64,000 bases of DNA from Octopus sinensis (GCF_006345805.1 NC_043003.1:78058001-78122000); one strand, 5' to 3'; positions 38,301-51,590 are shown, numbered from the stretch's first letter. Program-made: numbers and translations. The notes: generated from the sequence alone by a model not told the origin.

Positions 38301-39111
38301 GTTAAAATAAGTTTATTAAAAGTAAGTTTAAAAGGAATAATGGATCATTAACACCCGGGGTGGAGGTAAATCTATTTATAGTGACAAAATTTTAATTTAT
38401 CTTGAAAATGAAAAGGACTTCAAGTTTCGTCTCATGACTTTTTCAACCTCAAAAATTTGAGGTCTCAGTGAACTTAATAAATATCACCTCATGTATGTAA
38501 TCTCTATCGTCATGTATGTATATGTATGTAATGTATATCTTTAGATGAAAAAGTTAGGAAAGTAGTATAAGTGAAAGATGTAGGATATTCTCTCCATAAC
38601 AGCTGTATTGATGGATATTATTTATCTGACCAGTCGTTGTTCTTAGGAAGATATGGGTTTACTGTCAGTTGTCACATGAGGAAATTTTGTTTTTTTAAAA
38701 CTATTATGTAAATCTAACATTCTTTCTAAAAATATTTGCCAAGTTTTTGGGATGAGTCCAATCTCATAACTGTTTTATTTTCACTTACTGTTTGTTTAGC
38801 TCCAGAGTTCTGACCACACTGATCTCTGATCAAAAGCATGCTAGCCATGACTGCTCCATCCTTTTTGTTTCTCAGAACCACTAAATATAGGATCACATCC
38901 AATGTTTTCATTTGAGATTGTGGTTTGATGTGATTTAAAGGAAATTAGGTTGCCATTCCACAGTTATATACACATTTAAAATGAATATGCACACTGGCAT
39001 TTTAATCGAAGGTTGTTTCACATGCATATATTCAATTTAGATGCTATTTCTAGTATGTTGAATAGCTTGCATTGAGGCTTCCTCAGTTGTTGATATGTTT
39101 TCTACAAATTG

Positions 39112-39421
39112 CTGGCCTCCATGCCGGTGGCACTTAAAAAGCACCATCCGATCGTGGCCGTTGCCAGCCTCGCCTGGCCTCCGTGCCGGTGGCATGTAAA
39201 AAGTACCATCCGATCATGGCCGTTTGCCAGCCTCGTCTGGCATGTAAAAGCACCCACTACACTCATGGAGTGGTTGGCGTTAGGAAGGGCATCCAGCCGT
39301 AGAAACATTGCCAGATCAGACTGGGCCTGGTGCAGCCTTCTGGCTTCCCAGATCCCAGTTGAACCGTCCAACCCATGCCAGCATGGAAAGCGGACGCTAA
39401 ACGACGATGATGATGATGATG
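39112..39421 (+). mobile_element. RTE-derived 3' tail element, young-looking copy
   Basis: Internal tandem GCCGGTGGCA...CCATCCGATC..GGCCGTT.GCCAGCCTCG units; GGAAGGGCATCCAGCCGTAGAAAC; ends GACGCTAAACGACGATGATGATGAT with CpGs retained. Confidence 0.85.
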
Positions 39422-40599
39422 TTGGTCCTCCTCTTGTCACATAAAGAAAAAGAACTTTTTAAAATTAATTTCTCCTAAATGGATATGAAGCATAAATATA
39501 TCTTTGATTGAAATTTGAATTTACACTTAGTCTAATCCTTGCTGGCCTGAATTGAACTGCATTTCCCTGGAACTACTTTCCTACTTATATTTTGTTTATA
39601 AGCACCAACCTAGAACATGATGAATGCCATTAACTTCAATTTGGGAAGACTTCATGAACTCTGTTATCATTGCTTATATAGGATGTTTACAGAGAATTAA
39701 ATAAACAAAATTTAGTACTCTAAGTTTATTGCATGTGTATAAAATCAGATACAAAATTCAAAAAAGTCTGCTTACCACCAGATTAGTAATTTATTTTTTG
39801 AAAAAGTAAAAATTACTAAAACTATGATTGGAATGTTTGAATATGCAAATAGATTGGATTGGGAATAGATAAGTGTGGGTAAATTGAAAAAAATAGGGAA
39901 ATATATGTAAACACGTGGTATAGTTTTAAAAACGGGTTTATAAATCAATATTACAATGTATTGTGAGTAAATATAAAGTATATATAGCATAGGAGTAAGA
40001 ATTGAGATGATTGCTATGTATATGTATATGCATTTACCTATGTTGACACTAAATGATGTATGAAAAGCTGTGTAAATACATAACATTCTTCAGTGTGGTT
40101 GAACGAGTATGGTTGATAAAAATCCAGCTAAAGCTTGGGAGATTGACATAGATTTTTCAGAATGCATCCTCTATTGAGAGACTGTTGTGTAAGACTTTTT
40201 GGTTATTCATTCTTGATGATGCTTTGTACGGACAAATATTTGTCCACCTTACACAATAAGGCGTACCTTGGTGTAATGCGGTCAGGTTTTATAAACAAAC
40301 AGAAGTGAGGGGGGGGGGCATGACTGAATTTAATGGGAATGCAAATGTCTTGGTTTGACTTTTGAGAGAGGAAGACATCTGTGGGCACACATGATTATAG
40401 ACACCAACGTGCAGTGTGCACGTGTCAAGGCATGAACTGAATTACTAAGAGCTGTGTAGTAAATACTGGTGCTATTATGTTGTTGAAAATGCCAGAGTAG
40501 ACCAACCCTCGAAGGCTGTTATTGCTTTCCTCATAGAGTGGCTCTAATTGGTTCTGTTTGCTATAGCTCTTTGTTCAGGTATCAGTGTCATTCCCTTAG

Positions 40600-41000
40600 C
40601 CTTGTTTTTATCTCTTCATTAGCCAATCTTCTTAAAACTGCCAAGAGAATTGTCATAAAATTATGTTGCTTTCATGAATGATATCTCCAGACCATCAAAG
40701 CTTGGCCCTGGAATATTTGATTTGATACTTGTAGAGATAATTATTTATAAGAGCTGATCAGTCTGTTAAGCACTGAATGTGGAGCTATTACAAATCCAAA
40801 TTTTTCAGTCATACCGGAACATGACAAAAATTATAGCATTACACACCTTGAATTTATTAGAAAGGTGAATGTCTTTCTGTGACAGGACTTTATAGAGTCA
40901 ACTTGGCACTTGATTTGCATTTAGGTCCTACCTGCAATTCTGTCCTTCAAAGCATTTTGTTGATAGTAATGTTTGCTACTGTGGGATGCAGTTTGCTGAT
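40600..41000 (-). mobile_element. Degenerate RTE/BovB-like LINE fragment
   Basis: Minus strand KL*WSGDII resembles QLRWSGH; heavily decayed. Confidence 0.35.
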
Positions 41001-41332
41001 TGTTTGGTAAAACACATTTGATACTTTATGGTACTTCATAACAGTTCTTAAAATGGTTTTTCAGGATGCCAGAGTTAATGGAAATAGTATTTCAGGAGTA
41101 TTTCTCTTCATTATTTTTGCAGCAAGATGCATCAAACAATATACTGTAGGCCATCCATTATGAAAAATATTGGGGTACATATATGGCCTTATTTGACTCC
41201 TCTGAAGATTCACCATCTAAGCATCTTTTTTGCTGGTATGCAGAAGAATTGTGCATTTGAATTTCTGTTTGCCATCTTCCTGGAACTTTCTGTTGTGTCA
41301 AATGAAGCCAGAGAGTGGTTCATGGTCTGCTC

Positions 41333-41366
<34 letters not shown>

Positions 41367-42889
41367 ATAAAGGCTACCATTGGTTTCATGTTAAGAAAAA
41401 TATCTTAATATCTTGACAATTTTTCAAGCTGATCACATAGGAATGGTGTTTGTCTGAGCATTCATTCTTGTTGTTGAGGAAAAGCAAGTGCAGGGATGGA
41501 TTTCGGAAAGGTTGATATCCTGCTCAGGAAGCTCTAGATAAATGGTTTGCATAAGGCTTCAGTGGGGGTGAAAATATGGGTAACAAGAGATGAGTAATTA
41601 GGTGGGTTTAAGTGAATTGACATGAAATCTTTTGGAGGAGCACAGTCAATTGTAGAGGTGTTAAAAAAGATAGTTCAGAAGTTGCAGTATGCTGAGGAAT
41701 GAGTTAATGCCAATCAGACAGACGGCTTCTCATCAGATGTGATTTAAGATTTATGTATATATATATTTATGTAGCAGTAATACTTCATTATAGGTCTTGC
41801 TTGAGATCCACAATGGAGTTATGTTAATAACAAGTAAATATTTAATGATAATATCTCTCTTTCTCATGACAAACAAACAAATTCTTCTTTTGAACTGTGT
41901 ATATTGAGTCTGTCCATATCATCTTCAAGAATTTTCTGGATTATCATTTGGCATCGATACTTGTTTCTTAACTATCTACTTACTTGTGTACTTGTGTTTC
42001 TTTTTATTATAGATTACTATCTTTTATAATAGATTACTAACTGTACTTGTGTTTCTTTTTATAATAAACTATCTTTGTATTTGGAAGCTTTTCTCAATTT
42101 CTAATTATGATTATAGAATATTTCCTTTCTTGCCAATAACTTCATTCTTTAGCTGATTCATCATCTTCATCATTTAACAGCTTCTTTACATGTTGGATTG
42201 GGCTGGCCAGGTCATCACTATCTGAGTCGGTTCTTATTTGGATTTACTGCCATCTTAGACCTGTTGGTGATCAATCCTCACTTGAAATTCATCCATAGTC
42301 AGGATTTAGTACTAATTGTTTAAGTAACGGCTGGTCAAATTCTTATAGAAAGTTTAAATGTCAGTTAAAGTTGCATTATTGCTTGCTAATATCAGCATTA
42401 TCTTTTGATTGTCATTCCTGATTGCAGCTATAGGATCAGTTATAACTGTATAGTTAAAAAATTCATTTTGCAATTATGGGTTTGGTTCCACAATGTAGCA
42501 CCTAGGGTATATGTATTCCTATCACATTAGGAGTAAGTTTATCACTCAAGAACAGCTAGCTCATTGATCAAAAGTTTTAGTTTTCTTGAGCAATAAACTG
42601 AATCTGTGACATGGTTTAGCACCATTACCAGGTCCTTGGGTATCTTTATCAGTCCCATTCTGTTGAAATCATTCAGGCCAGGTCTCCTGTCTGAGGATAA
42701 CTAAGTATCCAGTTTCCTACTGCAGTAATATGTATTTAGGGTTCTCTTTTTCCATTTTATGGAAGGAGGCTAAAAGAAAAAGTCATGAATGCTATTCTTC
42801 CTATCTAACAAAATCGTAACAAACAAAACAAGAATGAGACAAAATTAGGTTTTTAAAAAAATTTTTTTTTTGAATCAGAAACATTGCTT

Positions 42890-43230
42890 CTTGTTTGAAC
42901 CAATAACTGAAAAAGTAGATTGCTTGTGGTCCATCAAGCAGATAGGTTGTATTCAATTTCCACTGATGTTGGTGTTGTCCCAGATACTAGCTGCCCTCTA
43001 CTGTAATGTTCTTGTGATTCATGTAATGCTCGTAGAGGACATACTACATGTCACAATAATATAGATAACACTGTAGTGTTGCAAGGGACATACAGCTTGT
43101 GACAATGATTGACATTAACATAATCATGTCAGTTGGGGGCTACATATCTCGATGACATAATAGTTGTTTAGTATTAAGACACATCACATGCACAATAATG
43201 AACAATAATATCGTGGTGCTAGTAGGGGAC
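42890..43230 (+). mobile_element. Gypsy/Ty3 reverse transcriptase relic
   Basis: GCT ACA TAT CTC GAT GAC ATA ATA GTT GTT = ATYLDDIIVV (YLDD motif); upstream KQIGCIQ...AA resembles the Gypsy RT N-terminus. Confidence 0.55.
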
Positions 43231-43249
43231 ATTCATATCATAATGGTAG

Positions 43250-43580
43250 ATATAATTTGTTCGTTTATTGGCCACAAGGGCTAACAAAAATCAATTAAAA
43301 CATAAAGGGACAAAACACAGGACGAAAGTTACAAAGGGTTTTGTCTGTTTGAAAAAAGTCTGTGTACTAAAGCAGGATAACAACGAAATATAAGTAACAA
43401 TTAAAACTCCCAATAGGGGGAGGCGCTTCGAAAGGTTACTCGTGGAAAAAGCCATGGGAGCCTGGTCAAAAGAGCGGCTAGAGAACCCCTTTCTCCTTTT
43501 ATATTTTCTTTTAATTTTCACAGGTGTATCCTCAGAATTGGTCCATTCATACTGGCCATTCTTGTGACATTCACCCACCT
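43250..43580 (-). mobile_element. Tx1/L1-like LINE 3' end
   Basis: Minus strand ends an ORF with RWVNVTRMASMNGPILRIHL*, followed by a T-rich 3' UTR and TAGCCCTTGTGGCCAATAAACGAAC; clade call is from motif memory. Confidence 0.55.
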
Positions 43581-44886
43581 TAATGTAATTGTGTAGTGCG
43601 GTTGTACCAACTACATGTCATTGTGGTTTAGAAGAAATATATAATCTTGTTTTTGTAGGTTTTAGCCAACATTTTCTTCCGAAAATAATTTTTGTTTTTA
43701 TTGTTTTAAATCTGTATTTATTGCTTTACACTGGTTGTCAGTTCCTTTTTATATTTTATGTGACTTCTGTGTCTGTGTGTTTTGTCCTTGTTAACATCAG
43801 TTGGTTTATTTCTTAGTTGAGTCATTGATCTTTTGAAGTTAATATCAAATGAAAATTATCTGGAGAGATCTTAACTATGGAGTTGGAACTAAAGTGCATC
43901 ATCATTTCTTTATTCACCTATTACTATCAACATCTTACTATAAACTGGTTATTTACTTTCCCTTCTGTAATCAATAGTGCTGAAACAACATACAACAGTA
44001 TAAAGTTACAAAATGTAGTACCTGAAGGTGACTCAGGGAAGATTATGTACGAGTCCACAAAGGTGACAGTGTCTATAAACTTTTTACATCTAACTTAAAT
44101 TAAAAGCTGATATTGATATCCTTCCTGTCCTTGCAATGTTCTAGATAATAACAAATAAATCCTTATGTCCTTGCTTCTTGTCCAACAATGCTGGTTTCTT
44201 GTATCGTTTCATGATTTAACAGTTTATGAGAAATTTAATTCTCCCAAGTTGGCATAGGCTTCTGAAGGAATAGTGTGTGTGTGTTGTGTGTGTGTGTGTG
44301 TGTGTAAAACAGCCATGACACACAATAGTAACATACTAGTCTGTTTTGGAGGTTTCGCTTAATTTTGATACAACCTCATATTGAATGCTGACCTAATAAA
44401 AAATGTTCTTTGTATATGAATGCACACAGTGTGTGTGAGGGGTCCCACTACACAGCACCTAGGATAATTTTCTATGATAGCCCAAGACCAACCAATGCTG
44501 TGGGAGAGAATTTGGTAGACGGGAACAGCTGGAAGCTGTCATGTGTGTGTCTGCTAATATGCATATGATTATATTCCATACTGTTACTGCTTAAGCAAAG
44601 CGGTGGTTATTCTGGTACTGTGTGCTACTGGACTTGAAATTTCACATCACCAAATAGTCTCTTTTGACAAAATCTATGAAATGCTGCATGATTTCTTGGT
44701 AGACTGCTGTGTTGGTTGTTACCCTGAACAAACATAGTAGTCAAATACCTGCATATGACATGCAACTCTAAACCATCAATCTCTGCATGTCTGCAAGAGT
44801 TTGACCTGAGACTTCAAACAGTTGGGATTCTGTTCTTTTCTTGTCCTCCTTCAAACACACACACACACACACACACATACATATAC

Positions 44887-44933
<47 letters not shown>

Positions 44934-44989
44934 CTCTATCAAGAAAGTGAGATGACACAGAAATAAACAATTATCTTATGAACTTCATT

Positions 44990-45070
44990 AGCTTACAGCT
45001 GTTTCTGCTGTAAGAGGCAGTAGACTCATTGTTGAGGGCCTGAGTAACACGTTATTGCTTCATCAGAGCC
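44990..45070 (-). ncRNA. Candidate type I hammerhead core (Penelope-type) with long, poorly defined stem II
   Basis: Minus strand GGCT-CTGATGA-AG...(54 nt between the cores)...GAAAC-AGCT-GTA-AGCT; stem I GGCT/AGCT, stem III AC/GT with palindromic AGCT loop. Confidence 0.45.
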
Positions 45071-48000
45071 TTTAATGAATATTGCAATGCTTAAGTGATA
45101 TATATATATATATATATATCATCATTATCATCATTGTTTAATGTCCTCCTTTTGTGCTGGCATGAGTTATATGTATAGCTTGTAAGTGGATATTGGTATA
45201 TATATATATGTGTAATGTGATAAATTTTGTCCAGTAAAGCCTTCTCCAGATATCATTGAAAGCACGCTTTTAGTTAAGTACAGTTATTATTACTACGTAA
45301 TTCTCATCTGTATACCTGAACAATATTAAAATTCACTGATGATATCAAAAACACACAAGTATTTATTTTTTTGTTTTGCTAAAATGTGTTTTGCTCCACC
45401 CAGTTTTGAAGTAAATTTTATTTTTTAATCTAGAAGAAATAAAACTATTTTTCTTTGTATTTATATTTATATATTATTTTTTTTAAGCATTCCTGACAAG
45501 ATTAATACCCCTGTCCTACAGCTATACCACATAGAAGAGTATTACAGGAATTGTTATCCATCCGTTGGGATGTACAATTTTCCTGTTTGCTTAGTTAATT
45601 TTCTTTTTCACTTAATCTATTTATTTAAAGCAAACTTATTGTTCTGCTATTATTTGTTTATATTTCTTTTATACTTTTTATTATCTCCATTGGCTAAATG
45701 AAGTAGGTTTTTAGTTTTATGAATGTTTAATGTAACAAAAATTTGATGAAAGAATACACCATTAAGAAAGCTAGTCTTTATAGTGAAGCCTGCTCTCGTT
45801 TTTAAAAAATTCCATTTAGCGTAAAGGTTATTTAAAAATTCTCTGTTTCAAAAATACATAAGTATTAAGTGTGTGAAAGGAGGGGGATAGAAAAGAGAAA
45901 AGTGACATGGATATTTTGTAGTCAGTTCTAGCTTTTGTTTAATTCTGAACAACTGTTCACATGGCAGCTGTGGAAATTTCATTTGATAAAAATGTGACGA
46001 GGAGAATAAGAATTAAGAGCGGATAGTTAGATGAAGGAATGTTTTGCTCCACAACTATTATGTCTGAAGTTACTTCATAAGAATAGCCTGTCCTAATTAG
46101 TGACTACATAATCATGCACTGTTGTTGACTTGTACATCTTGACATATGTGATATTTTTGTCTTTGGTATTTGAACTCTAAAGTTTTAAAAGCATAGTTCT
46201 GGATTATTATACAAACAATTTCTTTTTGTTTTTATGAAATGAGTTTATAAAAGTCTGTCTGGTTTAGGATATCTAAACTGTAATCTTATCACTTGTTTGA
46301 ATAAGACTTATTTCCAATATATATATAATTTGACTGCAGTGTGGGTTGAACAGGTCTATATCACTCCACATGTCATATATCTTATATTTTTTGATTCCTG
46401 CTCCTAATTCACCAAGCCAGGCCAGGCCAGGATGTTGTCCAGTTTTTCAATTTGTTGTGTAACTTGTCTCTGCTATCCTATATCTGTTACTATATCTGGT
46501 TGAGAAAATTGTAACGGTATCCACTATAAGAATAGGTTAGATGGATAGGATTAGTATTTTATTGTTGTAATTGTATCTGCAATGCTGACTGCTATTGGAT
46601 ATGGTCAGTTTCATTGTTTTAATTAGGTGAATGTGGTCAATGCTTGGTAGTTGTTATGGTGTCCACAGTGAGAGCAATCTTGGTGGATATGGTCAGTGTT
46701 TGGTAGCCATAATGGTGTCCTCAAAGAAGACAAGGTAGAAGGATATGTAGTCATCTAATAGCTTATATGTGAAAACCTGGTTCAGTAATAAAAACCATAA
46801 TATGGGACAAACCTTCCTAGCCTCAAGACATCAGCTAATATATCAAACACATGTTCATAAAAGTGTTATTAATTTAAAATGAATGAGCATCAAATGCTGC
46901 CTAACTACTACTACTCCTCAGGACACTTTATCAAGTCCATTTATACACCCACACCTCTCTGTGCTATCATATATTCCTGTTCACTGCATGCAACACTTAT
47001 CATAATGTAAATATCAAGTTATACTGACATGAGTTTTATATCTATCTTCTTCATAAGCTTCCAGATATACTTGTATATGAACATGATATATATGGAAAAT
47101 GTCTCTTTGAGAACAGATAAATTAAAGCACTAGACATGGAATACAAAAAGGAAGTTACTAGAAATAGCAGCCAAGTTTTTCTCAAACCACATCTTACATA
47201 TAGATACAGGAGGAGGAGATACTAAGAAATATAGTCCTACATATTCTTGAAAAGACAAGATGGTCACGACTGGAATGTTTTTGATCATAGATCTGCTTGA
47301 TCAGGGTTGACATTGGGTTAAATATTTCCATCCTAACTCAACATAACCATAAAAAGTCAGGCAAGTAAGATAACATATACACCATTACCACAATGAGTTT
47401 CATGTAGCATGCGCAATGATTTTCACACATACACATGCATTCAAGGGGCATAAAACCTGAGCTTCATACAACTAAATTCATTAGTACAACCTTTACTAGT
47501 ATATTAACATGTAAGGCATAATACATATCATAATGTTACAGAAAATCTTAAAACTGAATCCTTTACAACTAAATTTGTTGGCACAACATTCAACCAAAAA
47601 TAAAGAAACCTCACCATTAACAATAGATTACAAACAATTCATAAACCCTACCAGAGACTAACTGCTTTACTTTGAACTCAATCTTTCCTTACTAGCTTAA
47701 TAAAAATACCAGTTGAAATAATACACTTCACCTTATGAAAAGCATTAATATAGATCACCTAATTTAGTTCTGATGTATTCACAAGTGCTGTTAATTGCAG
47801 GTAAACTGTATAATGTAGTTAGACTGAATTTTTTTGTATATGTATTTTCTTTGAAGGATTGGTTTTCTTAATATAACTGGCTTCCAATATGAAATAGGTT
47901 CTTTGTTCCACATATAACTATCATAAAGATTTTTAAAAAAATAAAAGCTAATTTTTCTATACTGTTTCCTCATTTAATATTGGTTTTGTTATCCTATTAA

Positions 48001-48527
48001 GGAAATAGAATAAATGGACAAAAGAGACATGGGCTCTGTCAAAGCAGCTTGTCCAGGAGGGCAGTAACTCTGGATAACAACCGATAAATGGTAGAGGGAA
48101 CTTGTTGCTTTTGCTATAAACATTTCTAATGCTGGCGGGATGTTAAAATGCGCCCAATTCCTGATGAAAAGTAGTTGTAGAATGAAAGAGCATCCAACCA
48201 CAAAGCCATAACTAAAACCAATTCATAAACAACAATGAGGTTGATTGGTTTTCTCTGTTGCTCTTGCCAGATCATAAATGAGTGTGAACAGCAACACCTG
48301 TTCAACCTATGCAGGCATGGAAAAAAAAAATGGATGTTGTTCATTAATTCAATCTCCTTATATTTTTCTTTGTATTCAATGAATGTTACAATTTATTTTT
48401 GTCTGCTCTTTTCAGCTTAAGGCACTGATTATGCCAGTTGAAATTTATTTGTTGAAAAATTCAGTGCTGTAAAGTGCTGTATTTATAAGATGGCTACTTC
48501 AATAATTTTAATATAAATACCACACTT

Positions 48528-48760
48528 AAGGCAGTGAGCAGGTAGAATCGTTAGCATGCCGGGCAAAATGCTTAGCAGTATTTCGTCTGCCATTACGTTC
48601 TGAGTTCAAATTCCGCCAAGGTCGACTTTGCCTTTCGTCCTTTCGGGGTCGATAAATTAAGTACCAGTTACGCACTGGGGTCAATATAATCGACTTCATC
48701 CATCTGTCTGTCCTTGTTTGTCTCCTCTGTGTTTAGCCCCTTGTGGGTAGTAAAGAAATA
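48528..48760 (+). mobile_element. SINE family B, full length, tail type 1
   Basis: AAGGCAGTGAGCAGGTAGAATCGTTAGC head, GAGTTCAAATTCC B-box, ends TAGCCCCTTGTGGGTAGTAAAGAAATA. Confidence 0.9.
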
Positions 48761-48930
48761 GGTATTTCATCCATCCTTATGTTCTGAGTTCAAATTCCTC
48801 TGAGGTCAACTTTGCCTTTCATCCTTTCAGGGTTACTAAAATAGGTACCAGTTGAACACTGGGTTTGATATAATTGACTTACCCCTTCCCCTGAACTTGC
48901 TGATCTTGTGCTAAAATTTGAAACCATTGT
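48761..48930 (+). mobile_element. SINE family B, tail type 2, tandem with the previous copy
   Basis: GTTCTGAGTTCAAATTCC...GCCTTTCATCCTTTCAGGG..., ends CTTGTGCTAAAATTTGAAACCATT. Confidence 0.8.
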
Positions 48931-49013
48931 TAATACTACATTTTATTCACTATGAATATCTTATCAAGCACAATGAGATTCAGTGGTTATCCCCAGTATT
49001 ACTGTTTAATTGT

Positions 49014-49327
49014 GAAGGCGCGTGGCTTAGTGGTTAGGGGCATTTGACTCATAATCGTAAGTTTGTGAGTTCAATTCCCGGCGGCGCGTTGTTTCCTTGA
49101 GCAAGACACTTTATTTCACGTTGCTCCAGTCCACTCAGCTGGCAAAAATGAGTAGTACCTGTATTTCAAAGGGCCAGCCTTGTGTCACGCTGAATCTCCC
49201 CGAGAACTACGTTAAGGGTACACGTGTTTGTGGAGTGCTCAGCCACTTGCACGTTAATTTCATGAGCAAACTGTTCTGTTGATCGTATCAGCTGGGACCC
49301 TTGTCTTTACAACCGACGGAATGCTCC
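49014..49327 (+). mobile_element. SINE family C, full length with 14-bp TSD
   Basis: TSD TACTGTTTAATTGT at 49000-49013 and 49328-49341; A-box TGGCTTAGTGG (49023-49033); B-box GTTCAATTC (49069-49077). Confidence 0.9.
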
Positions 49328-50088
49328 TACTGTTTAATTGTATAACCTTAAAATGGGTTTTACTTGAAGTGTATGTGTTCGTATTTTATAATATTTATAA
49401 AACAGGTCCACTTAATTATAATGAACCAATCCTTGATGTGGATCTGTTAGTGTTTACCATTCTTATGTTTCTGTAATAATGCAGTAATTGTTAAAATTTT
49501 TTGTTTTGTTTTACATATGTCATCTGCTTTGTAAATGTTTCATTGTTTACTGTCGTAATCCTTTCTAAATATTTTATGTTTTGTGTTGGTCCTAGTCAAC
49601 CATGTTTGAGTAGTGCTATGATATAACTCCTTGAAACATTTCAGTGACCTGCAAGCTTTAGACCTTGAAGATGCTTCTTTTTAGTTTGTTGAGTCCATGT
49701 TGTACATTGTACTATGCTGTTGGCTTGCTGAATAATGTGTAGAGAACATATTACATTTATTCCATTATCTTGTCATGATCTTAAAAATGATTGAAAACTA
49801 ATTGACTCTGACTGAAAAGAGAGTTTGCTGATGTATTGTGTATATGCAATTCCCTGGAGCTGGTTCACAACCTAGAACAGTTTCGAACTAATCTATCGTT
49901 AATGTGTGTAGTTTGTCTTTCTACTGATTAGATGAGAGTGATATATTTTAGTTTCGTTTATGAGCATTGATAAAAATCTATTTTACTAATTTAATTATTG
50001 GTTTAGATGCAAAAATAGATTTGAAGTACTTTCAAAACTATTAAAAATATACCTATATTTCTATCTTTCATTTTTTCTTTCTTTGCAG

Positions 50089-50131
50089 ATGTTTTGAAGG
50101 TTACAATGCAACAGTATTTGCCTATGGCCAG
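50089..50131 (+). CDS. KIF21: KIF21-like coding exon (43 nt, probable exon 3)
   Basis: A TGT TTT GAA GGT TAC AAT GCA ACA GTA TTT GCC TAT GGC CAG = (G)CFEGYNATVFAYGQ, the kinesin pre-P-loop motif. Long polypyrimidine acceptor ending TTTGCAG, donor CAG|GTAAAG; phases 2/0 fit both neighbouring exons. Confidence 0.95.
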
Positions 50132-51247
50132 GTAAAGTCACAACCTCATTCTTTGATGTGATCAATTTTTGTAAATTGTTATATGAACCTGTTTAATTAA
50201 TACTGTTTTAAAAACAAGTGTATTTAGATGGGTTTCCTGACTTGTAAGCATTTGTAGCCAATCTTGTCTATCATTAACCTCCTGACCTTTCTGATTTAGA
50301 TTACATGACCTCATTATAGTCTGTAATGCACTGAAATTGATGCTTCATCTTCAGTCTCTTTACAATGCCACTCCATCTATTTTCAGCCCATTCACTTGAT
50401 TGGTATTCTTGTTACCACTTCAAGTGCTCTCTTTATATACTGCCTGTCTGTCTGTCTGTCTCTCTGCATGCATATTTAACATGTTGATACACTATTAAAC
50501 CTTCAACAATAACGGAAAATAAAACTTCAAAATTCTCTGATAAATTATTTATAATTATATTATCTGTCAATAAGTTTGTAGATTCAGCATTTAATTTTAT
50601 TTTTTTACTCTTGAATTCAAAGAACATTGGAACATGTTACGCATGTACTTTAGATTTAAATAGAGATGTTTCATTAAACCAATGCTGATTCAATAGATCT
50701 GCAAATTCTTGTGAACTCCAACATTTTCTAACCTTTCTTGTTGAATAGCCACCTAAATGGATACTTTTGATCCCTACCAATTTTACCCTTATAGAATAAT
50801 ATTAGTGACTGTAATTAAAATATGATTACTATTTTTACTTATAATAGTTTGCTTAATAATGATTAAAATAATATAGTAGGCTTTGCTAATGATTAAAATA
50901 ATGCTGACATTGTTCATTAATTCTTTACTACTACAATTAATACTATCTCCATCGTTGATGTCCAGCAGCAAGTTATGCAATATTTGATTCCAATTTTCAT
51001 AAATGTTATTAATCTTCAAGCTGTACTATTTCCATACAGCTTTTACACTTGGTCAAAATTTGGGTTACTGCACTAAAATATTTCACCTCTTAACAGAAGG
51101 CAGAAAAGCAATAGAAAAGTAGTTTGGCTCCATTCCATAATAAAGGAAAGGCCATACTGCATTGTAACCACATTTCACACAAATTTTGATTAAAAAAAAA
51201 AAAAATTTAATCTTTATTTATTTGTTGATAGGATATTGTTTACTTTT

Positions 51248-51590
51248 GTGGCTGTGTGGTAAGAAGCTTGCTTCACAACCACACAATTTTTGGGTTCAGT
51301 TACAGTGTGTCACCATGGGCAAGTGTCTTCTACTATAGCCTCAGACCAACCAAAGGCTTGTAAGCGGATTTGGCAGATGAAAACTGAAAGAAGCTCATCG
51401 TGTGTGAATGTCTTTGTTTGTCCCCCGCCATCGCCTGGCAACTAATGTTGATGTATTTATGTCACCATAACTTAGCAGTTCAGCAAAAGAGATTGATAGA
51501 ATAAGTATCAGACTTAAAAGAAAAATGATTACTGAGATCGATTCATTTGACTAACATTATCCAAGAATGGCTGAAACAAATGAAAGATGA
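51248..51590 (+). mobile_element. SINE family A, diverged copy
   Basis: GTGGCTGTGTGGTAAGAAGCTTGCTT head; GGGCAAGTGTCTTCTACTATAGCCTC body; 3' half present. Confidence 0.8.

Noticed and set aside
39740-40086. Protein-like + strand stretch (SAYHQISNLFFEKVKITKTMIGMFEYANRLDWE)
   Set aside because: Short, followed by repeated stops, and no recognisable motif.
44021-44065. CTGAAGG-T-GACTC...GAGTC hammerhead-like fragment
   Set aside because: Stem II is present but GAAA and stems I/III are missing; at most a decayed remnant.
48155-48195. CTGATGA...GAAA motif
   Set aside because: No stem I, II or III pairing could be built.
46600-48240. Possible decayed Penelope GIY-YIG region (MGQT, NEHQ fragments)
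   Set aside because: Too many stops and frameshifts to support a call by eye.
49016-49090. tRNA-like sequence with a CTCATAA (Met-like) anticodon loop
   Set aside because: T-arm and acceptor stems do not pair, and it continues into a SINE body bounded by a 14-bp TSD; it is a SINE head, not a tRNA gene.
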